Source: an uncultured archaeon (GTDB lineage: Archaea; Asgardarchaeota; Thorarchaeia; Thorarchaeales; Thorarchaeaceae). From it: a stretch of 28,044 nucleotides of DNA. The notes under the pieces are model-generated. The model did no database searches. It saw only the letters and a list, made by a program, of their open reading frames with translations, and was not told where the DNA came from. The stretch covers positions 1 through 28,044 of the forward strand of contig CAZSWP010000045.1 in the NCBI GenBank assembly GCA_964610875.1, read 5' to 3'. A program made the position numbers and the translations under genes. Every line of letters starts with the position of its first letter. The first letter of the stretch is position 1. Shown in pieces: positions 8,827 to 17,043 of this stretch.

Positions 8827-9777
8827 CTATTTTGCGACAAGTTTTCGCTTCTTGCCGCTCTTTTCTTTCTTCTTGGTTGCCTCTTTTTCTTCTTCGTCCA
8901 CTTCTGAACGGAAGAACGTGATTAGGTCTCCAAGTCTCTCTTTCATCTCAGCTTTTATTGGACTGAGAATTGCATCAGGGGTGCCCTTCAAAAGTTCAAT
9001 GCCAAGTACCCGGCCATCCTTCACAATCACTCTAGGAATGAAACCTTCTGCCATGAAAGTTCCTTCTGGTGGGTCTTTTACTTTCTCGAACTTGCGTTCC
9101 ACCTTCTCCTGACCAAACACAACTAGTTTATGTTCGGCTACTGTATAGAGCTCATTATAGACAATCAGTATTTCTCTCTGATAGCCCTCTGGAGGGTCTT
9201 CAGCTTCTAGTTCTTTTATCATAGCTTGAATTTCACCAGTTGCTATTGGAGCCGTTGCGGGGATTGTTGTAGTCTGTCTTGTTGCTGTCCTTGTGGGTGG
9301 AGGTGTCGTGGTTGTTGTCTTTGGTGAAGGTGGAGGTGTGGTCGATTTAGATGGTGGGGGGGTAGTTGTTTTTGGTGTAGATGTGCTAGTAGTTTCAGTT
9401 GGTGCTATTTTCGTTTCAGGTGTTGACTTGGGTGTTGGAGGTGTCGGCGGAGGTGCTGCATCTCCAGGTTTCATTACCTTTGTAGCTGCAGTTGTACCCT
9501 CGAGTGCTGTGAAAAATGTTGGAGGTTCATCACCTTCATCAAGAGGTCTTACTTTAAAGTGAAATCCATATTCGGTTCTTAGATTTGTTGCGACACGTGC
9601 ACCAATGAATTTTCTTCTGATACCTGCTTGACTTCCCTTCCATAGGTAGATGCTTTTCGTTTCATCGTCTACCACACATACAACTTTCGTTGCATCAAGG
9701 TCTTCCTTTGTTAATTCAACCTCTTGAAGGGTTCCGTCTTCATACACTTCGTAGCCTGTTACCATTTCTAACACCAC
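8827..9777 (-). CDS. Gelsolin-like domain protein with Pro/Thr-rich linker, uncharacterised C-terminal domain and basic tail (Asgard 1DGelX-like architecture)
   Basis: N-terminal about 90 aa with DLDATKVVCVVDD..SIYLWKG and LDEGDEPPTF gelsolin-repeat signatures; start GTG 9777 or ATG 9765. Confidence 0.8.
   Translation of the reverse strand: MVLEMVTGYEVYEDGTLQEVELTKEDLDATKVVCVVDDETKSIYLWKGSQAGIRRKFIGARVATNLRTEYGFHFKVRPLDEGDEPPTFFTALEGTTAATKVMKPGDAAPPPTPPTPKSTPETKIAPTETTSTSTPKTTTPPPSKSTTPPPSPKTTTTTPPPTRTATRQTTTIPATAPIATGEIQAMIKELEAEDPPEGYQREILIVYNELYTVAEHKLVVFGQEKVERKFEKVKDPPEGTFMAEGFIPRVIVKDGRVLGIELLKGTPDAILSPIKAEMKERLGDLITFFRSEVDEEEKEATKKKEKSGKKRKLVAK
9244..9468 (-). repeat. Low-complexity Pro/Thr linker with repeated TPPP units
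   Basis: PPPTPPTP…TTTPPPS…TTPPPSP…TTTTTPPPT; GGTGGAGGTGT-type repeats on the + strand. Confidence 0.7.
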
Positions 9778-9814
9778 TGACCAAGTAAGTAAGTTAACAG
9801 AGGATTTTATTCAT

Positions 9815-9935
9815 TTGTAGGATATATCCTCCGAATATATGATACACTAGTACTTGGAGCTCCAGTTACCTCTGGCGCAGTTGGGATATCTTTCTTTGTG
9901 GTATATCACTGTTATTGTGTCGTATTGTGGTATAT
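9815..9935. promoter_or_regulatory. Repeated motifs in the divergent promoter region
   Basis: Perfect palindrome AGGATATATCCT (9819-9830); direct repeat TTGTGGTATAT at 9896-9906 and 9925-9935. Confidence 0.35.
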
Positions 9936-10065
9936 TTTCCTCTGAAAATTTCTGATAATCCTATTCTTTATGATATGAAATTAACAAAGATATGGCTTGA
10001 TTCCTTCCAATTGAACGCATTAACTCTTATCAGAGAGTAATGCAGTATGTCTGTGGGGTTAAATA

Positions 10066-11307
10066 ATGGCAATTGCAAAAGAAGCGATGAAGTTCTATAA
10101 AGAACAATTGTCAGAAATCCATACACTGTCAAAATTCGAGCTTTTCATTGGATTTGTGTCTTCAGCGGTTTTGATGACAATATCGACGTACGGTCTTCTT
10201 GTGTATGTGTCTGTGCTTTTCGGATATAATTTCAACCCAGGTGATGTTGAGAGATATACTATGTATGCTCTTCTTGGTCTAGCCGTAGCTACAATCATTG
10301 CCGGATTAATTTGTTACATCATGTATACAAAACCCAAGTCCATATCATTTCCCCTTCGAATCCATAGCTTCCTAAAACATGGCTCAGGTGAATATTTTCT
10401 ATGTCCTGAGGTAAATGACCAAAAATTGACTCGAGTATTCAAACGTTCACTTTACGGATCATTATTGATTTCAGGAATTGCTCTTACTATCATGAGCTTT
10501 GAGTTGATGGTCATTGCCAGCGAATCCCAGATTTTAACCATTGGAGGCCTTGTTATGCTTGTCAGTGTTATAGTGTTACCTATAACAATGATGCAATTCT
10601 ATTATGCTCCTTGGTTGATTAAAGACGCAGGTCTATTTCATCTGGATCTTAAGGATAGACAATTAAGCAATGTGGGTGATAATTTTGAGGATATCCTAGA
10701 GTTCTTTGCTGGTATCGACATCTTTCTCGTCTGGTTAGAATTGACTCTTAACACGGATATTTGGGTTGCACCATTCATCATACTTGTTGTTTTGGGGCCA
10801 CTATTTGCTATTGTGATTGCATTTACTCTTGTCTTCATGATTTTCAAAACCAGAGCATTAGAGTCCATGACCGAAATGCTTCTAGAGGATTTTGAGGTTC
10901 CTGATATGGTTCTCTCTTCTGAATACATACGTAGAAGAATCCTTGCACTTGTGGATAGAAGAATGCTTGTTGAGGATGTTGTGGAAGAGTTCGAAACAAG
11001 ATATGGCGAGATTGGAGTACGTCAGGATCTAATGAGTACGATGTTGGATATGTTTGAGGATTTGGAAGAATTTGAAAAACAGGAGATTGAAGACTCAGCA
11101 TCGATACGAGAAATGAGAGAGAAACGTGAAAGGACATTGACAAGAAGAGGTGACCTTGGAGCACCTGTACTTCATTCAGCTACTACATTGGATTGGGACA
11201 TTCTTGATGATGAAGAGGAAGATGAATCTTTGGTTATTGATGAAGGTGACGATGAACAAGAGAATTCTTCTGCTAGTCCGGAAGGAGAAGAAGGTTCCCC
11301 GGATTGA
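10066..11307 (+). CDS. Hypothetical multi-pass membrane protein with long acidic C-terminal tail
   Basis: About 5-6 hydrophobic helices in the first 260 aa, then a helical region and a D/E-rich tail; 3' end overlaps thiQ by 35 bp. Confidence 0.75.
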   Translation: MAIAKEAMKFYKEQLSEIHTLSKFELFIGFVSSAVLMTISTYGLLVYVSVLFGYNFNPGDVERYTMYALLGLAVATIIAGLICYIMYTKPKSISFPLRIHSFLKHGSGEYFLCPEVNDQKLTRVFKRSLYGSLLISGIALTIMSFELMVIASESQILTIGGLVMLVSVIVLPITMMQFYYAPWLIKDAGLFHLDLKDRQLSNVGDNFEDILEFFAGIDIFLVWLELTLNTDIWVAPFIILVVLGPLFAIVIAFTLVFMIFKTRALESMTEMLLEDFEVPDMVLSSEYIRRRILALVDRRMLVEDVVEEFETRYGEIGVRQDLMSTMLDMFEDLEEFEKQEIEDSASIREMREKRERTLTRRGDLGAPVLHSATTLDWDILDDEEEDESLVIDEGDDEQENSSASPEGEEGSPD

Positions 11308-12325
11308 TACTCAATCTGATGTTAAGTGGTATTTCTCCTAGTAGACAATCGGGAATCTGATTATCTTGTATGTATATTACTGCATGGTTTCTTCCAATCT
11401 TCAAATGTAGACGATAGTATCCGACATCAAGAATCCTTCTAATGACCACTGCTTCAATTGATCCATTTTCATCTATGACTACATCTTCAGGCTTGAACGA
11501 AAATTTCACGCTTTCACCAATATTCGCTGACCCTTCCACTTGGAATGTAGTTCCGTTTGACTTAATGATTATCATCCCGTCTTGAGAAGAAATAACCTCG
11601 CCTGAAAGAATATTGCCACCTCCAATGAACTCCGCAACAAACTCACTACTTGGTGAATTATAGAGTTCGATTGGTTTTCCAGACTGAACCACAACTCCAT
11701 CACTAAGTACTGCAATCCTATCGGATATAGCAAATGCTTCTGATTGACTATGGGTGACATATATTGTTGTGATACCTAACTCCTGTTGTATGCGTCTTAA
11801 TTCATATTGCAGCTTCTCACGTAGCTGTGGATCTAATGCTGAGAACGGTTCGTCTAATAGTAGAAGTTTAGGATTTCCAGATAATGCTCTAGCTAAAGCA
11901 ACTCTTTGAGCTTCTCCTCCACTAATCTCACTTGGATATCTGCTGAGTAGGTTTGATATATCCAATAGATTTGAAAGTTCATTTACTCTGTCGACAATAG
12001 CTGTTCTCTCCCACCCTCTTACATCTAGTGCAAATGCAATGTTTTGAAAAACATCCATATTTGGAAAGAGCGCAACTGATTGAACTACCATGCCAATCTC
12101 ACGTTCTCTTGGAGGTAAAGATGTGACCTCCTGATCATTGAATTTGATTATTCCATCAGCAGGAGCTATGAATCCTGCAATCATACGCAAGGTTGTAGTT
12201 TTTCCCGAGCCACTTGGTCCAAGTAGAGTAAGGAGTTCACCTTCTTCAACTTTGAAGCTGATCGGTCCAATTCGTGTGCCATCTCTGAAGACCCTTTGAA
12301 TATTGATTGCTTGGATATTTACCAT
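11273..12325 (-). CDS. thiQ: Thiamine ABC transporter ATP-binding subunit
   Basis: Walker A GPSGSGKT, ISGGEAQR signature, LLLDEP, H-loop YVTH; 1-bp overlap with the permease gene; substrate inferred from the operon. Confidence 0.8.
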   Translation of the reverse strand: MVNIQAINIQRVFRDGTRIGPISFKVEEGELLTLLGPSGSGKTTTLRMIAGFIAPADGIIKFNDQEVTSLPPREREIGMVVQSVALFPNMDVFQNIAFALDVRGWERTAIVDRVNELSNLLDISNLLSRYPSEISGGEAQRVALARALSGNPKLLLLDEPFSALDPQLREKLQYELRRIQQELGITTIYVTHSQSEAFAISDRIAVLSDGVVVQSGKPIELYNSPSSEFVAEFIGGGNILSGEVISSQDGMIIIKSNGTTFQVEGSANIGESVKFSFKPEDVVIDENGSIEAVVIRRILDVGYYRLHLKIGRNHAVIYIQDNQIPDCLLGEIPLNIRLSINPGNLLLLPD

Positions 12326-13977
12326 CAGAATGCACCTCCATATCCTTCATCTGTAAGTTTCTCGATGACTGCGAATGCAATCACACAGACTGCCACTAGG
12401 AGTAAAGCTGCTGCACCAGCTTGAACAAACCTACGAACAACAAGTTCTCGATAAATAATAACCGCGAGGGTGAAGTTTTCTGGTCTTGCAAGAAACAAAG
12501 TAGCTGACATTTCTCCAATAGCCATCGCAAATGAAAATACTGCTCCTGCAGCGATGCCTGGTGCAAGTAGGGGTAACTCGACAAAGAATAATTTCTGGAG
12601 TCTTGAAGCACCAAGTGAATCTGCTTGGTCTAAGATTTCTTGATCAATTTTACGCAATGATGCTTCAATAGATCTTGCTGTGAACGGGATACCTATGATT
12701 GTCTGTGCAATCACTATCAATGGCCATGGTGAGGCACTAATTCCCAATGGAACGGCAATTGATAACATCAATCCATAAGCCACAGTTATCGATGATATTC
12801 CCAGTGGTAACAATATCAGGAAAGATGAAATTGACTGGATTCTATTTGATTGATTTTTCTGACTGTATGCTAATGGTATTCCCAAGACAACTGAGAATAA
12901 TGTGGCAAGACTGGCATAGTATACAGAGTTTATTAGAGGGAAGAGACCGCCAGAAAGACCTGGTTCAATGAGATATGCAAATCCACTGAGTGTGTACTCT
13001 TTAGTTATTGGATCATAGATTGCTGCACGAATGATAGCTAAAATTGGACCTGAAAGAAAGACCAACAATGCAATCAGATATATTCCAATTGCTATTCTGG
13101 TCTTATTATCCAAACTATCTAAAGAATATAATCTCTGAAAAGCTCGCTTTTTACTTGCTTCCTCTCTTCTTGTTCCGTAGAGGACATAAAAAATTGCTAT
13201 TGTACTAGTAATAATCATCTGAAGTAATGCCAATGTACTCGCTTCTCCATAATTAAAGAAACGAAACGCATTCCAAATTTGGACCTCAACTGTCATGAAT
13301 GTTCCTTGACCCAGAGCAAGTACAATCGGGAAAGACATGAAGCAGAAGAGAAAGGTCAGGATTGATGCTACCACTGTACTAGTTCGTATGTGAGGAATAA
13401 TGATTTTCTTTATTACCTGTAAACGAGAAGCACCTAATGTTTCAGCAATCTCTTCGATTTCTGGATTAAGATGTTCTATTGAAGCTGAGATGAGAATCAG
13501 GAAGAGAGGTATATTATAGAATGCATGAGCAAGAATTATACCCGGCCATCCAGTAGCTACATTGAACAAGCTTTCATCAGCACCTAATATCATCTGAAGA
13601 AGGATATCTATCGCTCCTCCCTGACCAAAGACTTGTAGAAATCCAACAACTACTACTATAGGTGGAAGAACAAAAGGTACGATGAGGAAAGTTCGAAGAA
13701 GATTTCTTCCTCTAAAATCGACTTTTGCTAGAATTATTGCGCCCGGTATTCCAATAACCGAAGATACAACTGTACTCAGGATTGCTTGGATAATTGTAAA
13801 TGAAAAGACGCGCTGTGTCAAGGGCGAATAGATGGTTTCGACCAAATCTGATCCTGGACCAAATATTATTCCTCTGAAAATCACATTGACTACTGGATAT
13901 AATAGAAAAAGAGAAAGAATCAATACAGGAATTGCAATAACAGCTATCCTGATGACCCTATCTCTCTTCATCTTCAT
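12325..13977 (-). CDS. thiP: Thiamine ABC transporter permease (fused duplicated TM domains)
   Basis: Two EAA-like loops (EIAETLGAS, DQADSLGAS); FTIIQA, PFVLP, ILAHAFYN and FLFCFMSF motifs typical of ThiP. Confidence 0.85.
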   Translation of the reverse strand: MKMKRDRVIRIAVIAIPVLILSLFLLYPVVNVIFRGIIFGPGSDLVETIYSPLTQRVFSFTIIQAILSTVVSSVIGIPGAIILAKVDFRGRNLLRTFLIVPFVLPPIVVVVGFLQVFGQGGAIDILLQMILGADESLFNVATGWPGIILAHAFYNIPLFLILISASIEHLNPEIEEIAETLGASRLQVIKKIIIPHIRTSTVVASILTFLFCFMSFPIVLALGQGTFMTVEVQIWNAFRFFNYGEASTLALLQMIITSTIAIFYVLYGTRREEASKKRAFQRLYSLDSLDNKTRIAIGIYLIALLVFLSGPILAIIRAAIYDPITKEYTLSGFAYLIEPGLSGGLFPLINSVYYASLATLFSVVLGIPLAYSQKNQSNRIQSISSFLILLPLGISSITVAYGLMLSIAVPLGISASPWPLIVIAQTIIGIPFTARSIEASLRKIDQEILDQADSLGASRLQKLFFVELPLLAPGIAAGAVFSFAMAIGEMSATLFLARPENFTLAVIIYRELVVRRFVQAGAAALLLVAVCVIAFAVIEKLTDEGYGGAF

Positions 13978-13982
13978 TTCAC

Positions 13983-15092
13983 TTATCCAATCATGATGAG
14001 ATCGTATTCATAGAGCCAGGCTTCTAGATTATTACTTATTTGATCCCGAGTCAACAAATCATTGGCGATTGTGATATCGTCTGGATGAATTGCATAATCA
14101 AACACTGGATCCAATTCCACATCTGAATTGGCTGGAAACATCCATTGATTCAACGCAATGTGTGATTGTACTGCAGGACTAAGACAGTATTCTATGAATG
14201 CTTGAGCTAATGAAGGATTAGGTCCATTTTTGACTATTCCCATACCTTCAATCTGCATCCAAGCATAATCTGTTCCATCATATTGAATTGGAGCTATAGC
14301 AGTAGTTGGTTCACTATCAGACCACAGTGCTCCATAAGCGGGGTCTGTTCCATAACTCACCAGTAGATGTTTTGATGGGTCCGTATCCCACTTGGACCAA
14401 GCTTCTGTCCAACCCTCTTGTACATCAATTTTGTTCTTTACCTCTTCCCACCAGTTTGTCCAATCCTCCTCAAGTAACTCTTCATAGATAGCAATTTGTG
14501 TTAGTAGGAATGAGAGGCCTGGGCTACTAAGATGGGGATTCTCAGTTACTAGCATAGACGCCATATCTGCGAGATCATCGAAAGTAAGTGAGCTGAGCTC
14601 TGGATGCGTTGTAGCATTGATGTCACTTGTGTCATAAATGAGTGTAACGAGTCCATAGTCAAAAGGTACGATATAGTGCTCTGGATCCAAGGCCTCAACG
14701 ATTTCCTGGTCAATAAGACTGAGGTTGTCTGGAGTAAACGGTTCAAGAACAGTCTTTGCCTGTTCTTGTAGAATCAAGATATTATCAATCCCGATCACCA
14801 CATCTGCAATTGGATTTTGAGATTCTGCAATGAGTCGAGAAATAATACCATTCGCATCAGTACTCAGACGTTCTATTTTGACATCCACTCCGTATCTTCT
14901 CTCAAATGGACCAAATACTATTTCGTCGATGTTTTCTGAGTCTTCCCCCCAAGCTAGAAAGCTATCATATGTGTAGACAGTGAATGTTGGTTTTGGCATT
15001 GTAACAAAGGCATAACCTGCAATTACAATGACCACTACGACAGATATCGCGACAATAACTAATTTTGGGTCTCTTCTCCCTGAGTATTCCAT
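13983..15092 (-). CDS. thiB: Thiamine ABC transporter substrate-binding protein, N-terminal membrane anchor
   Basis: VYTYDSF, DVVIGID, PFDYG, SSPGL, GWTEAW, SYGTDP, QIEG and QWMFP motifs of TbpA/ThiB. Confidence 0.9.
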   Translation of the reverse strand: MEYSGRRDPKLVIVAISVVVVIVIAGYAFVTMPKPTFTVYTYDSFLAWGEDSENIDEIVFGPFERRYGVDVKIERLSTDANGIISRLIAESQNPIADVVIGIDNILILQEQAKTVLEPFTPDNLSLIDQEIVEALDPEHYIVPFDYGLVTLIYDTSDINATTHPELSSLTFDDLADMASMLVTENPHLSSPGLSFLLTQIAIYEELLEEDWTNWWEEVKNKIDVQEGWTEAWSKWDTDPSKHLLVSYGTDPAYGALWSDSEPTTAIAPIQYDGTDYAWMQIEGMGIVKNGPNPSLAQAFIEYCLSPAVQSHIALNQWMFPANSDVELDPVFDYAIHPDDITIANDLLTRDQISNNLEAWLYEYDLIMIG

Positions 15093-15104
15093 TTCCTACA
15101 CCTT

Positions 15105-15132
15105 TATATCAGTGTTATACAACTGAGTTATA
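15105..15132. promoter_or_regulatory. Tandem palindromic operator candidate (putative ThiR sites)
   Basis: TATATC-AGT-GTTATA (15105-15119) and TACAAC-TGA-GTTATA (15118-15132), each one mismatch from TATAAC-N3-GTTATA, between divergent thiB and thiR. Confidence 0.65.
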
Positions 15133-15176
15133 GACCAATGCAAGATAAATAGCTTCCTCTTTGGGGTGTAAGGAAC

Positions 15177-16106
15177 TTGAGACCACCATGTGAAATAGTG
15201 ATGAAAGAGTTCTTACCTGAACTGCGTTCGCAGTTGGCTAGAGAACTAAAAGAGCACGGCCTATCACAGAGCCAGATAGCTGAGGAATTGGAGATAACAC
15301 AAGCTGCAGTGAGTAAGTATCTTCGAAGAAACGAAGAACAGACTCCGTATTCAGAAAAGATAGTTTTGTTAGTTAGCTCAATGAGTAAAGCAATCTTAAA
15401 TGATGATGTAAGTAGTGACAAGCTTGTCTATATGACGTGTTCTACCTGCATGGGTTTGCGAATCGGTTCTACTATCTGTATTCAACATCAACAACAAATA
15501 CCATCATTAAGAGACTCCTCTTGTAAAATATGTAGCGAACTGCTTGGAGGAAAAGATGATGAATTTGCAAACCGTGCCAGAGTTCTGAATGATATGGCTT
15601 TAGCTATTTCAATCTTGGGGGAAATTGATGGGTTTGATAAGGTCGTACCCCAAGTGAGAGCAAATCTCGTCCTTGCCAAAGAACAAGCTCAAACGATTGA
15701 TGATGTAGCAGGAATCCCTGGAAGGATAACTGCTGTGAATGGAAGAGCTCGTATTCTATCAAGTGCTAGATTTGGGGCATCAAGACATACAGCTGATATT
15801 TTACTTAAAATGATGAATCTCTCCAAGGATATTCGTGCTTGCATTTGTCTTAGTGGTTCGGACTACATGTCCATGGCTACCAAGGAACTCGGCATTTTGA
15901 TGACAATGATTAATGGTGATAATGACACATCTGAAGCCATTATGGAGAATGCGATTTCTGCCTTCGATAAGCAGAGGATATCATCTCCTTTTGCTGTGCA
16001 TCTTACTGGAGCAATTGGTGTTGAACCCATTATCTATCTATTCGGTACATCTGCAAGTCAATTATCGAACATAACGAAGAAGATAGCATACAAAGTAAAC
16101 CTATGA
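15177..16106 (+). CDS. thiR: ThiR-type transcriptional regulator (XRE HTH + Cys-rich linker + ThiN-like domain)
   Basis: N-terminal LSQSQIAEELEITQAAVSKYL HTH; C-terminal VPQVRANL, GIPGRIT, FGASRH and G.EP ThiN-fold motifs; divergent from thiBPQ. Confidence 0.82.
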   Translation: MRPPCEIVMKEFLPELRSQLARELKEHGLSQSQIAEELEITQAAVSKYLRRNEEQTPYSEKIVLLVSSMSKAILNDDVSSDKLVYMTCSTCMGLRIGSTICIQHQQQIPSLRDSSCKICSELLGGKDDEFANRARVLNDMALAISILGEIDGFDKVVPQVRANLVLAKEQAQTIDDVAGIPGRITAVNGRARILSSARFGASRHTADILLKMMNLSKDIRACICLSGSDYMSMATKELGILMTMINGDNDTSEAIMENAISAFDKQRISSPFAVHLTGAIGVEPIIYLFGTSASQLSNITKKIAYKVNL

Positions 16107-16164
16107 GAGTCTGTGTTACATCGGTTTATTTTACAAACACACTATGCAAATTCAGGTGTAATCT

Positions 16165-17037
16165 TTGGTTGCCATTCGTCGTGGAAAAAAGAAAGATTTC
16201 AAAGATTTACTGACAGTCTACCAGACAACTAGGTGGTATTATCGTTCAGTTCCTGATGGATATTTGAATGTAGATCAAGTGCGACAGGAACATAGTGGTG
16301 TTGCATTCAAGAGATGGGGATGGTTGGTAGCTGAGAAGGACGATTCAATTGTGGGTGAGATAGTATTCAACATCGAAAAGAACCTTAGTTCAGGGAAGCT
16401 AGGGGTCATAAGAAACTTGGACGTCGATGTTCGTTTTCAAAAGACTACGATTGGCACCCAGCTCACTCGAGCAGCTGAGGATGTCCTTAGAAAGAAGAAA
16501 GCTGTTCGGATTGTAGCACTTACTCCTCCTGAAGCATATAATTATTGGATGAAGATTGGATATTTCGCCCGAGGTTCACTCATTGAATTAGAAAAACACC
16601 TAAGTCGAATCAGCAGGAAGGTGGCAAGTGCTGTTTCGGGACTTAAACGCATAGAGATTAAAGATGTCAAAAAACTACCAAAAACCTTCAGATTTTCAAA
16701 TAAGTCCGTCCCTGGAATGTTAGCAGAAAGTGTTTCACGTATCATTGATAAAGGAGAACAAGGAAAACTATTGGAATTTAGAATTGATGATAAGTTAGTA
16801 GGAGTTAGTACAATTATTAAAGAGGACAAAGGAAATGCTCAATTCATTGTTGATTTTCCAAAGAGAGGTGTGGACTATGCCCCATCTATTATTGCAAACA
16901 CGGCACTAGCTGCATCAAGATGGAGAATTAAGAAAGTTTGTACAGTAATCCCAAAGGACCAACTCCAAGTCTATGGATCTGTAGGGAGCTGGTCCTCTGA
17001 AGATGCTAGGAGTATCCCTGTTACCCGCATTATTTGA
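16165..17037 (+). CDS. GNAT family N-acetyltransferase with additional C-terminal domain
   Basis: LDVDVRFQKTTIGTQL (motif A variant) and AYNYWMKIGY (motif B); highly basic; TTG start. Confidence 0.75.
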   Translation: MVAIRRGKKKDFKDLLTVYQTTRWYYRSVPDGYLNVDQVRQEHSGVAFKRWGWLVAEKDDSIVGEIVFNIEKNLSSGKLGVIRNLDVDVRFQKTTIGTQLTRAAEDVLRKKKAVRIVALTPPEAYNYWMKIGYFARGSLIELEKHLSRISRKVASAVSGLKRIEIKDVKKLPKTFRFSNKSVPGMLAESVSRIIDKGEQGKLLEFRIDDKLVGVSTIIKEDKGNAQFIVDFPKRGVDYAPSIIANTALAASRWRIKKVCTVIPKDQLQVYGSVGSWSSEDARSIPVTRII

Positions 17038-17043
17038 CTTCTA

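Noticed and set aside
9293-9562. Gly/Val-rich + strand ORF
   Set aside because: Antisense shadow of the Pro/Thr linker of the gelsolin gene.
15093-15176. TPP riboswitch upstream of thiB
   Set aside because: The gap is only 84 bp and lacks the conserved TPP aptamer elements on the thiB strand; protein-based ThiR control explains the region.
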